The notes below the pieces were generated by a model. The model had not been told where the DNA came from. It ran no database searches and saw only the letters and a program-made list of their open reading frames with translations. Position numbers and translations under genes: made by a program. A stretch of 64,000 bases of DNA from a virus. Below are positions 28,797-38,312 of this stretch, one piece after another (the first letter of the stretch is position 1; every line of letters begins with the position of its first letter). The stretch covers positions 1 to 64,000 of the IMG/VR virus record IMGVR_UViG_3300009149_000020. One strand, given 5' to 3'.

Positions 28797-29108
28797 ATGA
28801 TGGAAGATAACAACTTTTCAGGTTTGTGTGAAAACTGTGGGGAATGTCTTACCGCAACACTGACTCATATCACGGAAACGGATGATCTGAGTGCGTTCAA
28901 CATTATGATGAGTCGTAAGAAAAATTGGTCGTCTGGGTTTGATATTATAAGTAGGCGGTTGTCCATTACTTGTGCTTGCGGTCATCCTGATGTAAATGAA
29001 GATGACATTGAGATGTTATTTAATCCTGGTAAAAAAGGTTGTAGCATAAATGTAATTGTAGTAATTGACAAAACAGGCGCTGTTGATTCATTTTATAAGA
29101 ATGAATGA
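28797..29108 (+). CDS. hypothetical Cys-containing protein
   Basis: CENC...CAC; AAGGAGG RBS. Confidence 0.6.
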   Translation: MMEDNNFSGLCENCGECLTATLTHITETDDLSAFNIMMSRKKNWSSGFDIISRRLSITCACGHPDVNEDDIEMLFNPGKKGCSINVIVVIDKTGAVDSFYKNE

Positions 29109-29116
29109 GGAGGTAT

Positions 29117-29380
29117 GAAATGAATACTGATTATCATGGAAAACCTGTACCGGATAATGAAAGTCCTGACAAGATAATAGATGTATGGGAAATTGAACCG
29201 TCTCTAGATACGAGCTATGATTATGTTACTATCCGCAGTTATCAAGATGCTGTAGAATATGCTAAGCAAGTAGTTGAAGAATTGATGGATAACCTGGAAC
29301 AGGAATTCCCGATTAAGATTGAAATAAGAAAAGGAGAAATGACTGTCGGTGCATACCTTGAATTGCAGGAGGAGGAATGA
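29117..29380 (+). CDS. hypothetical protein
   Basis: GAGGAGG RBS; start uncertain (29105-29120). Confidence 0.6.
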   Translation, partial: EMNTDYHGKPVPDNESPDKIIDVWEIEPSLDTSYDYVTIRSYQDAVEYAKQVVEELMDNLEQEFPIKIEIRKGEMTVGAYLELQEEE

Positions 29381-29553
29381 TGGACCAACAAACTAAGGAA
29401 AGAATTGTGGAGAAAGTTTATGATTGGTTGATGTCTCAATCTTTTGAAGATTGGCAAGAAACAATTTTTATGGATCATGTGTGTGCGGAAGAAGGCTGTC
29501 AGTCACGCGAAGAGATTAAAGAAACAATTTCTCGCAAGTTATTCAAAGATTGA
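29377..29553 (+). CDS. small hypothetical protein (not in ORF track)
   Basis: GGAGGAA RBS, ATGA overlap; MMDQQTKERIVEKVYDWL. Confidence 0.55.
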   Translation: MMDQQTKERIVEKVYDWLMSQSFEDWQETIFMDHVCAEEGCQSREEIKETISRKLFKD

Positions 29554-29568
29554 GGTGAGGAGGAATAA

Positions 29569-30843
29569 ATGAAAAGATCTTATAATGATGTACCTTATGA
29601 CGAGACCCTTGTAACGACAGCCCTTCATGTTATTTTTAAAAAGCTATATGATCTCCCAGATAAGAGATTATTTAGAGTAGTATATGCTCGATTCATAGAT
29701 AAACAAACTCTGAAAGCTATTGCAAAGAAGGAGAAGCTGTCACATGATAGAATACATCAGTTAGAGTGTAAAGGCTTAAAAAAGGTAGCACCTCTCTTAG
29801 CTTATTTCTTTGACGAGTTTACTAACGCTGGTCGAAATAGTTACCCGTATGTTTTTAATGGCTCTCAGCCACTGAAGGTGCATGTAAAGTATGTCATACA
29901 TACATTAGTTTCTAGTGATCCTGTACAAGCAAAAGATATAGCTGATTGTATAGGAGCAGGTTGTAAGATACGTGATGACTATATGGAAATCATTGAACAT
30001 CCTGAACCTATAACAGAGACAACTACATTATTTTCTGATATGTTCCGTGATGGTGTTAGTCATGTACGCGTATCAACTAGACTAATGAATTCTCTTAACG
30101 CAGCAGGTATCCAGACAGTTGGTGACTTGGTTCAGAAAACAGTGAACGATTTAACGGATCTTAAAGACTTTGGGAGAACGAGTCTTGATGCTGTTCGCTA
30201 TTTTTTACTAAAGAACAATATTGATTGCGACCTAACTAAAGCATGCAAAAAAGTAGGCGAGGATGTTGAGATAACACTTGACACCTCTTTAACGCAGGAC
30301 ATGTTAGATAGAAGAGCGATGGGTTGCTGTAAACTAGGAAATATCCGAACAGTTGGTGACTTAGTTGGAAAGACGCCTAGCGAATTGTACGGACTTAGAA
30401 ACTTTGGAAGAAAGACTTATAGTATTATACAACAGTTCCTTAAGAATAACAATCTTTCTTTAAAAGAAGAGCCTAAGAAAACATACGCACACAAGGAAGG
30501 CACGGCAAAAAGAACGCAAAGCATTGAAGTTGAATCAGAAGCAGGCATGACAAAAATGCTCGATATGGTTCCAAAATGTGAAGAGCGCACTCACTTACAC
30601 ATAGTGCGGGAGGGTGCGAAAGGGGCAACTGTTACCTGTTCCTGCGAAAGAAACACTTGTAAATTTGATAAAGCTGAGGATAAGCATGGCTCAGGTGATT
30701 TAGAAGATTTCTATCGCCAAAGACTTTCGGAGCTTCGAAAAAAGCAAGACAAAATGATTGAGGACTTAGCAGCGGTAAACACAGAAATAAAAGAAACACA
30801 GAAGTCTATCTTAAGCATAGACAACAGATATGAGGAGGAATAA
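29569..30843 (+). CDS. sigma70 region-4 HTH fused to two RNA polymerase alpha-CTD-like domains
   Basis: TLKAIAKKEKLSHDRIHQLECKGLKK; STRLMNSLNAAGIQTVGDL..DFGRTSL; RAMGCCKLGNIRTVGDL..NFGRKTY. Confidence 0.85.
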   Translation: MKRSYNDVPYDETLVTTALHVIFKKLYDLPDKRLFRVVYARFIDKQTLKAIAKKEKLSHDRIHQLECKGLKKVAPLLAYFFDEFTNAGRNSYPYVFNGSQPLKVHVKYVIHTLVSSDPVQAKDIADCIGAGCKIRDDYMEIIEHPEPITETTTLFSDMFRDGVSHVRVSTRLMNSLNAAGIQTVGDLVQKTVNDLTDLKDFGRTSLDAVRYFLLKNNIDCDLTKACKKVGEDVEITLDTSLTQDMLDRRAMGCCKLGNIRTVGDLVGKTPSELYGLRNFGRKTYSIIQQFLKNNNLSLKEEPKKTYAHKEGTAKRTQSIEVESEAGMTKMLDMVPKCEERTHLHIVREGAKGATVTCSCERNTCKFDKAEDKHGSGDLEDFYRQRLSELRKKQDKMIEDLAAVNTEIKETQKSILSIDNRYEEE

Positions 30844-31106
30844 TGAAATTATTACTTTTTCACAAGATGGCTATTTTGATTATTATTGCTTTTATTGTGC
30901 TAATGTTAGGAGCTTATTCTGCTAGAACTATTGAGTACATTCAGCAATATGAAATGGAGCAGAAAGTTACAGTAGGTTTTGGCGGCGTAGCCATACTTAT
31001 CTTGATAGGAGTATTTTTTATGTCTGCAGACCCTCATGTTAAGAAGTGGACTACAGTATTTATGATTGTTGCAGCAATTATAACGTTTGGCCTTTTATAC
31101 ATGTGA
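30843..31106 (+). CDS. small membrane protein
   Basis: Three hydrophobic helices. Confidence 0.65.
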   Translation: MKLLLFHKMAILIIIAFIVLMLGAYSARTIEYIQQYEMEQKVTVGFGGVAILILIGVFFMSADPHVKKWTTVFMIVAAIITFGLLYM

Positions 31107-31117
31107 AGGAGGAATAA

Positions 31118-31306
31118 ATGAAAAAACCTAAATGTCAGGTTATAGGAGAGAACGGTAATGTGTTTAACATTATCGCTATAGTGAAAAAAGCGTTGAATGA
31201 TTCTGGGCAACGTGATAAAGGGCTGGAGTGGCAGAAACGTGCTATTCAGTCTAAGAGTTATGATGATGTTTTGAACTTGATGCATGAATATGTAGATGTT
31301 ATTTGA
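31118..31306 (+). CDS. conserved phage hypothetical protein
   Basis: IGENGNVFNIIAIVKKAL...SYDDVL. Confidence 0.7.
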   Translation: MKKPKCQVIGENGNVFNIIAIVKKALNDSGQRDKGLEWQKRAIQSKSYDDVLNLMHEYVDVI

Positions 31307-31315
31307 GGAGGAATA

Positions 31316-31579
31316 ATGTCGAAATTATGTACGATTTGTTATTGGAAGAATCTTAGACATGAAATTCTCATACGGAATGAGATTGTAGAGGTGTGTGATA
31401 TTGATCAGGATGAGCATGATCCTGACCACATAGTTTTATTAAAGGTAAAGGATCACTGTAATCAGTTTCTCGATGAGAATGATCCTCTGATACAAGAAAC
31501 AATTGATGATCGTAAGTATTACTTGGAAACTGGAAACTTACCCAGTAAGAGGAGGAATAATGGAATACGAAATTATTAG
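31316..31579 (+). CDS. hypothetical protein
   Basis: CTIC...C; GAGGAGG RBS. Confidence 0.6.
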   Translation: MSKLCTICYWKNLRHEILIRNEIVEVCDIDQDEHDPDHIVLLKVKDHCNQFLDENDPLIQETIDDRKYYLETGNLPSKRRNNGIRNY

Positions 31580-31883
31580 TGGATATGACTCTGCTGATGT
31601 GACACGAAGAGTTACAGAAAAATTAAATAAGGGATATTGGACAGTAGGCAATCTGGTTGTAACAGTATCGCCTCATTCTTGCAATCAAAACTTCAAGGGA
31701 TGTAACATATTATATAGTCAGGCATTAAAAAGGAAGGTAAGGCGAAGAGTCTTATATCAGGTTGATGCGAAGCCTGCGGCCAAAAAACCTAGGAAGACTC
31801 TCCAAGAGCTAGTCGAAGATCGTCAAGCAGCTAGACAAACGACTGAAACGTTTGTTGAGAAGGTAATAAGGTTTTTTGCTTAA
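31560..31883 (+). CDS. DUF1737-like protein
   Basis: YEIISG...RVTEKLNKGY..VG...YSQAL. Confidence 0.6.
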   Translation: MEYEIISGYDSADVTRRVTEKLNKGYWTVGNLVVTVSPHSCNQNFKGCNILYSQALKRKVRRRVLYQVDAKPAAKKPRKTLQELVEDRQAARQTTETFVEKVIRFFA

Positions 31884-31907
31884 ACCAAAAAGAGTAAAGG
31901 AGTCGAA

Positions 31908-32126
31908 ATGAAACTTAAAATGCGTTGCAAGATCTGCGGATGGGTGGGCGCACCTTGTGCTGATGAACACGAAGCCGAACTTGCTTATCAGCGCCACATT
32001 GATTCTGGTGATTGCACAGATGTTGAGAAGCTTACTAATGAGGAGCTTGTTCAGAAGCTTGTTGAAACAGGAGCGGTTGCTAATACGCCAGAAGCGATTG
32101 CTAGGGCTTTACGTAGTTTAAACTAA
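31908..32126 (+). CDS. small Zn-binding hypothetical protein
   Basis: CKICGW...H....C. Confidence 0.6.
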   Translation: MKLKMRCKICGWVGAPCADEHEAELAYQRHIDSGDCTDVEKLTNEELVQKLVETGAVANTPEAIARALRSLN

Positions 32127-32135
32127 GGAGGAACA

Positions 32136-32360
32136 ATGAAAGAAGTTTTAGTAGATATTTTTGATCCCGAAAAGGTTTATGTTTGTATTAGTACTCACGG
32201 CACTATCTTCCTGCAAGTATTAACACTTACTGAAAATGGCTTGTATATGTGGCGCCCCCTCGTTCTTGACTGTTCCAGTGATGCATGGGCAGAACATCAT
32301 ACTACATTATTGGGTGCTATGGGTGATAAACTTGCTTCAGATTATAATCACATATATTAG
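32136..32360 (+). CDS. hypothetical protein
   Basis: AAGGAGG RBS. Confidence 0.55.
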   Translation: MKEVLVDIFDPEKVYVCISTHGTIFLQVLTLTENGLYMWRPLVLDCSSDAWAEHHTTLLGAMGDKLASDYNHIY

Positions 32361-32507
32361 TTTATGAATTATTTTATTCAAGGAGAAAATAATGTATAAA
32401 GGATGGATAGAAGTTAGTCTTAAAAATGAAAATTTTGAGAATAACTTTGATGAGTGGTTGGAGTTATTTTTAAAAGCAAGATACAAATTATTATATTCTG
32501 AGGGGGA

Positions 32508-32942
32508 ATGATGGATGAATCAAAAGAAATATGGATTGCATCAACATTACAAAAATATGACCATATTGGCCCTGACGATCCTGCTACAACATGGTCTGCG
32601 ACTCTAAGAACTCCCGAATCAAAAACATCTAAAGAAGTGATGTTAACTAATCTAAAAAACTATGAATATGCTTTTATGGCTAAAGAAGCAATCAACTTAC
32701 TTGAAGAAATTGATGACTTTGAGGAGTTTATTAATTACATGGATAAAACTTCTGATAGTAATGAGGCAATCGAATATAACGAGGTCTATTGTAACATTCT
32801 TATGCCTCATGTAATTACAATTACTTTATTTATGGGAAATCATTTTGAAGTTCCCTTAGGTGTAGCAATAACTCAGCTAGTTAGGGCTAATGTTTTTGAT
32901 CTTGATAAAGATGAAAATGTAATTATGAGTGATTGTGGATAA
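32508..32942 (+). CDS. hypothetical protein
   Basis: GAGGGGG RBS. Confidence 0.65.
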   Translation: MMDESKEIWIASTLQKYDHIGPDDPATTWSATLRTPESKTSKEVMLTNLKNYEYAFMAKEAINLLEEIDDFEEFINYMDKTSDSNEAIEYNEVYCNILMPHVITITLFMGNHFEVPLGVAITQLVRANVFDLDKDENVIMSDCG

Positions 32943-32966
32943 CTAAATAATGTGGAGGAATGATGC

Positions 32967-33179
32967 ATGGGTAGATACGCAGAAACATATATTGAGCATT
33001 GTGGTGAATGTGGTGAATGTAGAATAGGACCTCGCTATATAAAAGATGGGTGGCATGTTAACCCTATTATATGTGGTATAAATGGAAAAGAGATAGCCAC
33101 CCCAAAAGATGGTGATATTGACCCAGGAACATACGCTATGGAATTAGCTCATGTGCCCGACTGGTGCCCACTACAATAA
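32967..33179 (+). CDS. small Cys-rich protein (CxxC...PDWCPL)
   Basis: IEHCGEC, VPDWCPL. Confidence 0.65.
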   Translation: MGRYAETYIEHCGECGECRIGPRYIKDGWHVNPIICGINGKEIATPKDGDIDPGTYAMELAHVPDWCPLQ

Positions 33180-33189
33180 GGGAGGAATT

Positions 33190-33444
33190 ATGGAACTGTT
33201 AGAAGTTAACGTTGAGGTTATTGCAGGCGGTCTTTCTTGTGAGCATAACTACCCGTGTCCAGTATATAGTGATAAGCCTGCTGTGTACACTAGCTATGGC
33301 TATTTCCAGCCATCATGGGAAGCACAGAAGGAAGGCTGGAAATTAATCCGAACTACTAACAGGTTTCAGCGATTTATACTGAAATGGTTTTTTAATGATC
33401 GACCCATACCTGCTGTAAACAAGGAGAATAAAACACATGATTAA
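33190..33444 (+). CDS. hypothetical protein
   Basis: ATG after GGAGG; HNYPCPV..FQPSW. Confidence 0.6.
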   Translation: MELLEVNVEVIAGGLSCEHNYPCPVYSDKPAVYTSYGYFQPSWEAQKEGWKLIRTTNRFQRFILKWFFNDRPIPAVNKENKTHD

Positions 33445-33709
33445 GGCAAAGGTGTACGATAGTTACGTAGAGTTCGACGAAGATGAAATATATGAGTTCC
33501 TCGCAGAAAAGTATGATATAGAGGATGAAGATGAGATAGAACGGAAATGGGTGGCTGGAGAAATTACTAAAGAAGATGTATTTGCCGCGGCTAAAAACAG
33601 AATAGGCAATATCTATTCTATGCGTGGTGACTGTCCAGAGGATGATGCTATTCATATCATCGACGTAGAGGACTGGATGAAGATGAAGGAGAATAATGAT
33701 GGAAAATGA
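33437..33709 (+). CDS. hypothetical protein (MIKAKV family)
   Basis: Similar to 34160..34429. Confidence 0.65.
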   Translation: MIKAKVYDSYVEFDEDEIYEFLAEKYDIEDEDEIERKWVAGEITKEDVFAAAKNRIGNIYSMRGDCPEDDAIHIIDVEDWMKMKENNDGK

Positions 33710-33944
33710 AATTGAACGGCTGAAGGTGGAGATTGAAGCAAAAGACAAGCAGATCAAAACATTGAGGAAGTTTGTGGAGGGTCTATCAAAACCTGAGCAA
33801 TGCCACGAACATAGCAAATGCGAAAGCTACAACGGTGATGCTGCAACAAATGAAACGATATTGCACGAACAAAGATCAGCATGCCTTGATTGTATATCAT
33901 TGGCAGCCGAGCAACTACTAGCCGAACTCGGCAAGGAGGAATGA
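33696..33944 (+). CDS. hypothetical protein
   Basis: Coiled coil plus Cys pairs. Confidence 0.6.
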   Translation: MMENEIERLKVEIEAKDKQIKTLRKFVEGLSKPEQCHEHSKCESYNGDAATNETILHEQRSACLDCISLAAEQLLAELGKEE

Positions 33945-34159
33945 AGAATGAACATGGGATACACTGCGATAAGAGTTGGGGTGCTTAAAATCATAGGCTG
34001 TATTTTATTTTTCTCAGGGTGTGCTTTGGGTTTTTCAGTTTATTGGATTTTAGATAACTAGGAGGGAAAATGGTATCACCAGAATGAACAAATTAAGGTT
34101 TCAACGAAAACTCTTAAACAATTAATTAATGATATGAAGAGGTTGGTGAAGGAGGAAAA

Positions 34160-34429
34160 ATGATTAAAGCAAAGGTAACCATTTTACTAGAGGAAGACAA
34201 TGAGAAGCTTGTAAGTAAACTTGCAAAGGCAAACAACATTTCAGAAGATGAAGTTAAACGAAGATTTAAAACAAAAGAATTTCCCATTAATCATTTAATA
34301 GAAGTGGCCAAAACGGTTATCGCAGATACCTGCTTCGATACTACCGATGGAACAATACGCCCACTTCATAATGATATAAACATACGTGAAATTACTGGAG
34401 TATACAAAGCTCCAGAAAATAATTGTTAA
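34160..34429 (+). CDS. hypothetical protein (MIKAKV family)
   Basis: Similar to 33437..33709. Confidence 0.65.
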   Translation: MIKAKVTILLEEDNEKLVSKLAKANNISEDEVKRRFKTKEFPINHLIEVAKTVIADTCFDTTDGTIRPLHNDINIREITGVYKAPENNC

Positions 34430-34438
34430 GGAGACCGA

Positions 34439-34831
34439 ATGAATTGGGAAACTATTGTATGTGTTGCCAAGAGACAAATAGATATGATTCCTTCAATTCT
34501 ATTTATAATAGGTAATCTTTACTTTGTTTGGTGTATATGGTCTCTTTCTTTTCCATGTAAAGTACAACCTGACAACGTAAGCGAGCCAGAAGATATAGTA
34601 ACAGAACCCAAGAAAGAATCAAAAAGTATAATACCAGAACCCAAGAAAGTATACAAGATAGAAATGCCAGAACTTTCTAAGGCTCCTGAAAAGGTGATCC
34701 CTCATCGTTCTTATAATGATCGCAAAACTGTCGAAAAAAAGGATGAGAGACTGGATCGGTGGAGAGATGAAGCGGCAGAACGAAGATTACGTAAACGACG
34801 AGAACGAGATCGCCAATACTGGGGATATTAA
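34439..34831 (+). CDS. single-pass membrane protein
   Basis: ILFIIGNLYFVWCIWSL followed by a charged tail. Confidence 0.6.
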   Translation: MNWETIVCVAKRQIDMIPSILFIIGNLYFVWCIWSLSFPCKVQPDNVSEPEDIVTEPKKESKSIIPEPKKVYKIEMPELSKAPEKVIPHRSYNDRKTVEKKDERLDRWRDEAAERRLRKRRERDRQYWGY

Positions 34832-34843
34832 TAGGAGGAATGA

Positions 34844-35380
34844 ATGGATAACCATCAAGAAGTATGTACTTTAATTGAGAGGAGACTTAATCTATTTGAC
34901 GAGCTTATGACGGAGAATATTAGCAAATTTGTTGAGTTTACTGATACTGTAGAAGTACTTAATAATCTTAGTAAAAAATCAATAAAAGAGTACACTACAA
35001 GGATCACTAATGCTACTGATAGAATCAGTAGCAGATGTTCTAAGGATCCTGTAGTATCAGAAATCGTTAGTATAGCTCTAGGAAATGATGACTTAGGTAA
35101 GTCAATGAGAAACGTTTTGATGTGCATTATTAATCAAGGATTTAGAAATGATAGTTCTTTAGGGATTTTGGAACTTATAGATAGAGCTTTAAACCATTTG
35201 ACAGATGAGTACTGTAAATTGATAATCAAACAAGTAGAGTTATGTGGTGCAAGAATTTGTACGATATATAGACTTGTGGATCATAAGGATTATGAGCAGT
35301 ATGAAGGTATTGCGACAAGCGACTTAACAATACTGATAAAAGTAGCTAGGATTAATGCACTGGTACCTAAAGTTGAATAG
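34844..35380 (+). CDS. hypothetical protein
   Basis: AGGAGG RBS. Confidence 0.65.
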   Translation: MDNHQEVCTLIERRLNLFDELMTENISKFVEFTDTVEVLNNLSKKSIKEYTTRITNATDRISSRCSKDPVVSEIVSIALGNDDLGKSMRNVLMCIINQGFRNDSSLGILELIDRALNHLTDEYCKLIIKQVELCGARICTIYRLVDHKDYEQYEGIATSDLTILIKVARINALVPKVE

Positions 35381-35531
35381 GAGATAAAAATTATGTATTG
35401 TAAGAAGAAGTGTCCTCATTTGAAAATATCCTTAACTGGTTTTCCTTATTGTATGAAATATGATAATGCAGTTTTACGTCATGATGGAGTTAGAAGCGGA
35501 GTCACTTTTATTTAATACAAAGGAGAACATT

Positions 35532-38303
35532 ATGAAAAGATTTGCTATTTTATTTCTGTGTTTAGTTCTTGCATTTCCCGTATTTGCAGATAATGGTATT
35601 ACATGGCTAGGCGTACCGGAAGATTTTTTAGTAGCTGCCGATTCAGCTGGACAGTCTTCTACAGTTTCTGTTGGTTATCAATTTGACCCGCCATTCTATT
35701 CTTCTACAGGCTGGCATATTTCAGTATTTACTAATGGTGTACTCAGAACAGGTTTAGAAAAATCAAGTGATTATGGTCATAGTCGAGTGCTTAGTATCAG
35801 CGTGACTTATCCTGCTGCAGGGAAATCCATTGATAACAGTGTTACTCTCTCAACCTACCCTGAAGGAAGTTTCCCTACCAGCACTTCCACTAAAACATAT
35901 GATTACACTATCACTACGTTACCCGAAGAGGAAAATGACACTGATGGCGATGTTGATGCCGATACTGTAAGCACACATCTATATACTGAGGCTAATACTG
36001 TATATACATTTGACTGGGATGTAGTTATTAATCATGGTACAGATAACTACGATTGGTTTTGTGTATATGTGGATGATACAGACGTTGAAACATTTCGAGA
36101 AGCAGGAAGCAACGGAGACGAGGATACGCATTCCGGTACTTGGGATTTATTTTTACCTGCGGCGGGTCAGTCGGAAACTCATGTCATTAAGCTTTACGGA
36201 GGGAAGTCGGAAGACAGCATTAATGACTTACTAGACGACGATGCGTTTACTTTCTCCACTGAAGCTGCTCCTGTAGTTATAACACCTACAACTGTATCTT
36301 CTTTCATATTTACTGATGCTATCTATCCTTATACATCTGCAGGTAACAGTGTTACAGTATCCTGCACTTTTTCTTATACAAAAGGTAATGATGGTGCTAC
36401 AAGTTTATTCATTGATGCAAATGGACAATCCTATCCATTAGATGCGTCAACGGGTAGCATAACAGTTGACTTAAGTTATCTAGCATCAGATCCTGGAGTA
36501 GTAGCGTCATACACAGTGTCATTGAATGTAATGGCAGCTACTTCAGTTTTAAAAACATACTCAAGTTCTTTTACACTTACAACAGAAGCAGCTCCTTTGT
36601 ATAAGACAGTTGAAGAGATTAAAAGCTATTTATTGTCCATACAAGTAAGCGGCTTTGGTATTTTTGTAGAAGCTCGTCCTCAGTATGACGATGTTGTTTA
36701 TTTAGCTCCTAAAGCAGTTCCGGGTTCTTTGTCCACTGTTACATTGTATAATGTAAAAGAAGACGATTTTATTGAAGCATACAAACAACTAGACGCTGAA
36801 GGCTTTGATTGCAATATGATGCTAACGGATTTAGGTACAGATATTTATATGTATACTGATGCTTACATTCAAGGGCAAAAGGAGATTTTTTACAAAGAAC
36901 TGCAAAAAACTGCAATTGACTTAGAGGAAGGGTTAAAAGCATTTTCATTAATTGCTACACTTAGGTGTGGAAATGACGCTCTTGATGCAGCACAGGAGGA
37001 TACATGTAATGCTTGGTTTGACTCTTGCTTCTATGTATGGGTTGTGACAAGTACAGCAGCCGGTGTATCTATGACGCCTGTAGTAGGCCTAATGGTAGCT
37101 TTTGCAGAATTGCAGGCTTTTGAATTACTTGTAGAACGGCCCTTTAATCTTGTAGTTCTTCTTATAGATTCAAGACGTGCTGATGTTTTTATATATGAAA
37201 CACTTTCTAGTTATATCAAAGGAACAGATGTTGTATTTGATGCTGATGATAAAGAAGAAGCATTGTACCATCTTAAAACGTTATCAGGTGACGCACTTAT
37301 GGTCTTGTTAACAGAGTCAGGTATAAAAGTGCTTCGTTCTATTCCTTTTGTTAGTAAGCTTGAGAATTTTACAGGAAGGATATTTAGCAATGTTGTTAAA
37401 AGTAATGCTGCTAAAACAACTTTAACAAAACTTGATGACATTGTAAGATGGGTAGGACGAAAGAGTATTTATGCATGGGAAGCAGGACCTAAGCCTTATA
37501 GAGATTTTCTTGATTGGATGCTTACATGGCAGACTACGAAAACAAAGACATCGTACATGACAAAATATCAAAATATATTTCTAGCTTCTCCTAAAATAAA
37601 TTCAGCACCTAATATGATATCTTTTGCTAATCCTGATGATTTTGTTCGTTATATGGATGATATAGTTAAAGCAGGCAATATGGAATTTACAGTTTTTAAT
37701 GACAAAGTAGCGAAGGGCAGTTTTCTGGACTCCTTTTTTGGCTCTCTTGCAGAAAAAACTAAAACAGTTTTGCGTGCTACTATTTCAAATAACCCAACTA
37801 AAGGATTACATACTACAGCTGATATGATGGCTATAATAGATACGCCTACTGGGAAAAGACTTCTTATAATAGAAAATAAGCTTCAACAGAGATTAAGGCA
37901 GGCTCTAAATGATGCTATTGTTCAGGCTACTAGTTACTATAATATAGTAAAGAAAGGCGCACTATCAGGAGATGTTGATGATTTTGCTCCTCTTGTTTTT
38001 AAAGACGCCGTAACTAAACAAGTTGAAGTAACAGCAGAAGAGATTGCTGAATTTGCAGCTAGGGATGCAATTGACTATGTTATTAATGTTGTGGATGACT
38101 ATGGTAACTTTGTACTTGAGATAATTCCTACATCTAACCTTGAGGCATTTAGTTCGGGTTTAAGTACATTAGCAGACTTAGCAAACGATTTAAAACTTCG
38201 TGCTCCTAAAAGAGTGCCTTCAGTTGAAGATGTTAAAGCACTTAAAACGCAGTACAATGTTTGTATCGAGCAGCTTAGTTTACTTGCAGAAGATTTGTTA
38301 TAA
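35532..38303 (+). CDS. exported multidomain protein with C-terminal PD-(D/E)xK nuclease (polymorphic-toxin-like)
   Basis: Signal peptide MKRFAILFLCLVLAFPVFA|D after AAGGAG; three S/T-rich beta repeats; hydrophobic segment; ADMM..LLIIENK..AIVQATSY. Confidence 0.75.
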   Translation: MKRFAILFLCLVLAFPVFADNGITWLGVPEDFLVAADSAGQSSTVSVGYQFDPPFYSSTGWHISVFTNGVLRTGLEKSSDYGHSRVLSISVTYPAAGKSIDNSVTLSTYPEGSFPTSTSTKTYDYTITTLPEEENDTDGDVDADTVSTHLYTEANTVYTFDWDVVINHGTDNYDWFCVYVDDTDVETFREAGSNGDEDTHSGTWDLFLPAAGQSETHVIKLYGGKSEDSINDLLDDDAFTFSTEAAPVVITPTTVSSFIFTDAIYPYTSAGNSVTVSCTFSYTKGNDGATSLFIDANGQSYPLDASTGSITVDLSYLASDPGVVASYTVSLNVMAATSVLKTYSSSFTLTTEAAPLYKTVEEIKSYLLSIQVSGFGIFVEARPQYDDVVYLAPKAVPGSLSTVTLYNVKEDDFIEAYKQLDAEGFDCNMMLTDLGTDIYMYTDAYIQGQKEIFYKELQKTAIDLEEGLKAFSLIATLRCGNDALDAAQEDTCNAWFDSCFYVWVVTSTAAGVSMTPVVGLMVAFAELQAFELLVERPFNLVVLLIDSRRADVFIYETLSSYIKGTDVVFDADDKEEALYHLKTLSGDALMVLLTESGIKVLRSIPFVSKLENFTGRIFSNVVKSNAAKTTLTKLDDIVRWVGRKSIYAWEAGPKPYRDFLDWMLTWQTTKTKTSYMTKYQNIFLASPKINSAPNMISFANPDDFVRYMDDIVKAGNMEFTVFNDKVAKGSFLDSFFGSLAEKTKTVLRATISNNPTKGLHTTADMMAIIDTPTGKRLLIIENKLQQRLRQALNDAIVQATSYYNIVKKGALSGDVDDFAPLVFKDAVTKQVEVTAEEIAEFAARDAIDYVINVVDDYGNFVLEIIPTSNLEAFSSGLSTLADLANDLKLRAPKRVPSVEDVKALKTQYNVCIEQLSLLAEDLL

Positions 38304-38312
38304 GGAGGTGTT

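Noticed and set aside
32136-32399. Stop-codon recoding (TAG at 32358-32360 followed by a short open stretch)
   Set aside because: TAG, TGA and TAA all end genes directly before the next RBS elsewhere, and long conserved genes are uninterrupted in code 11.
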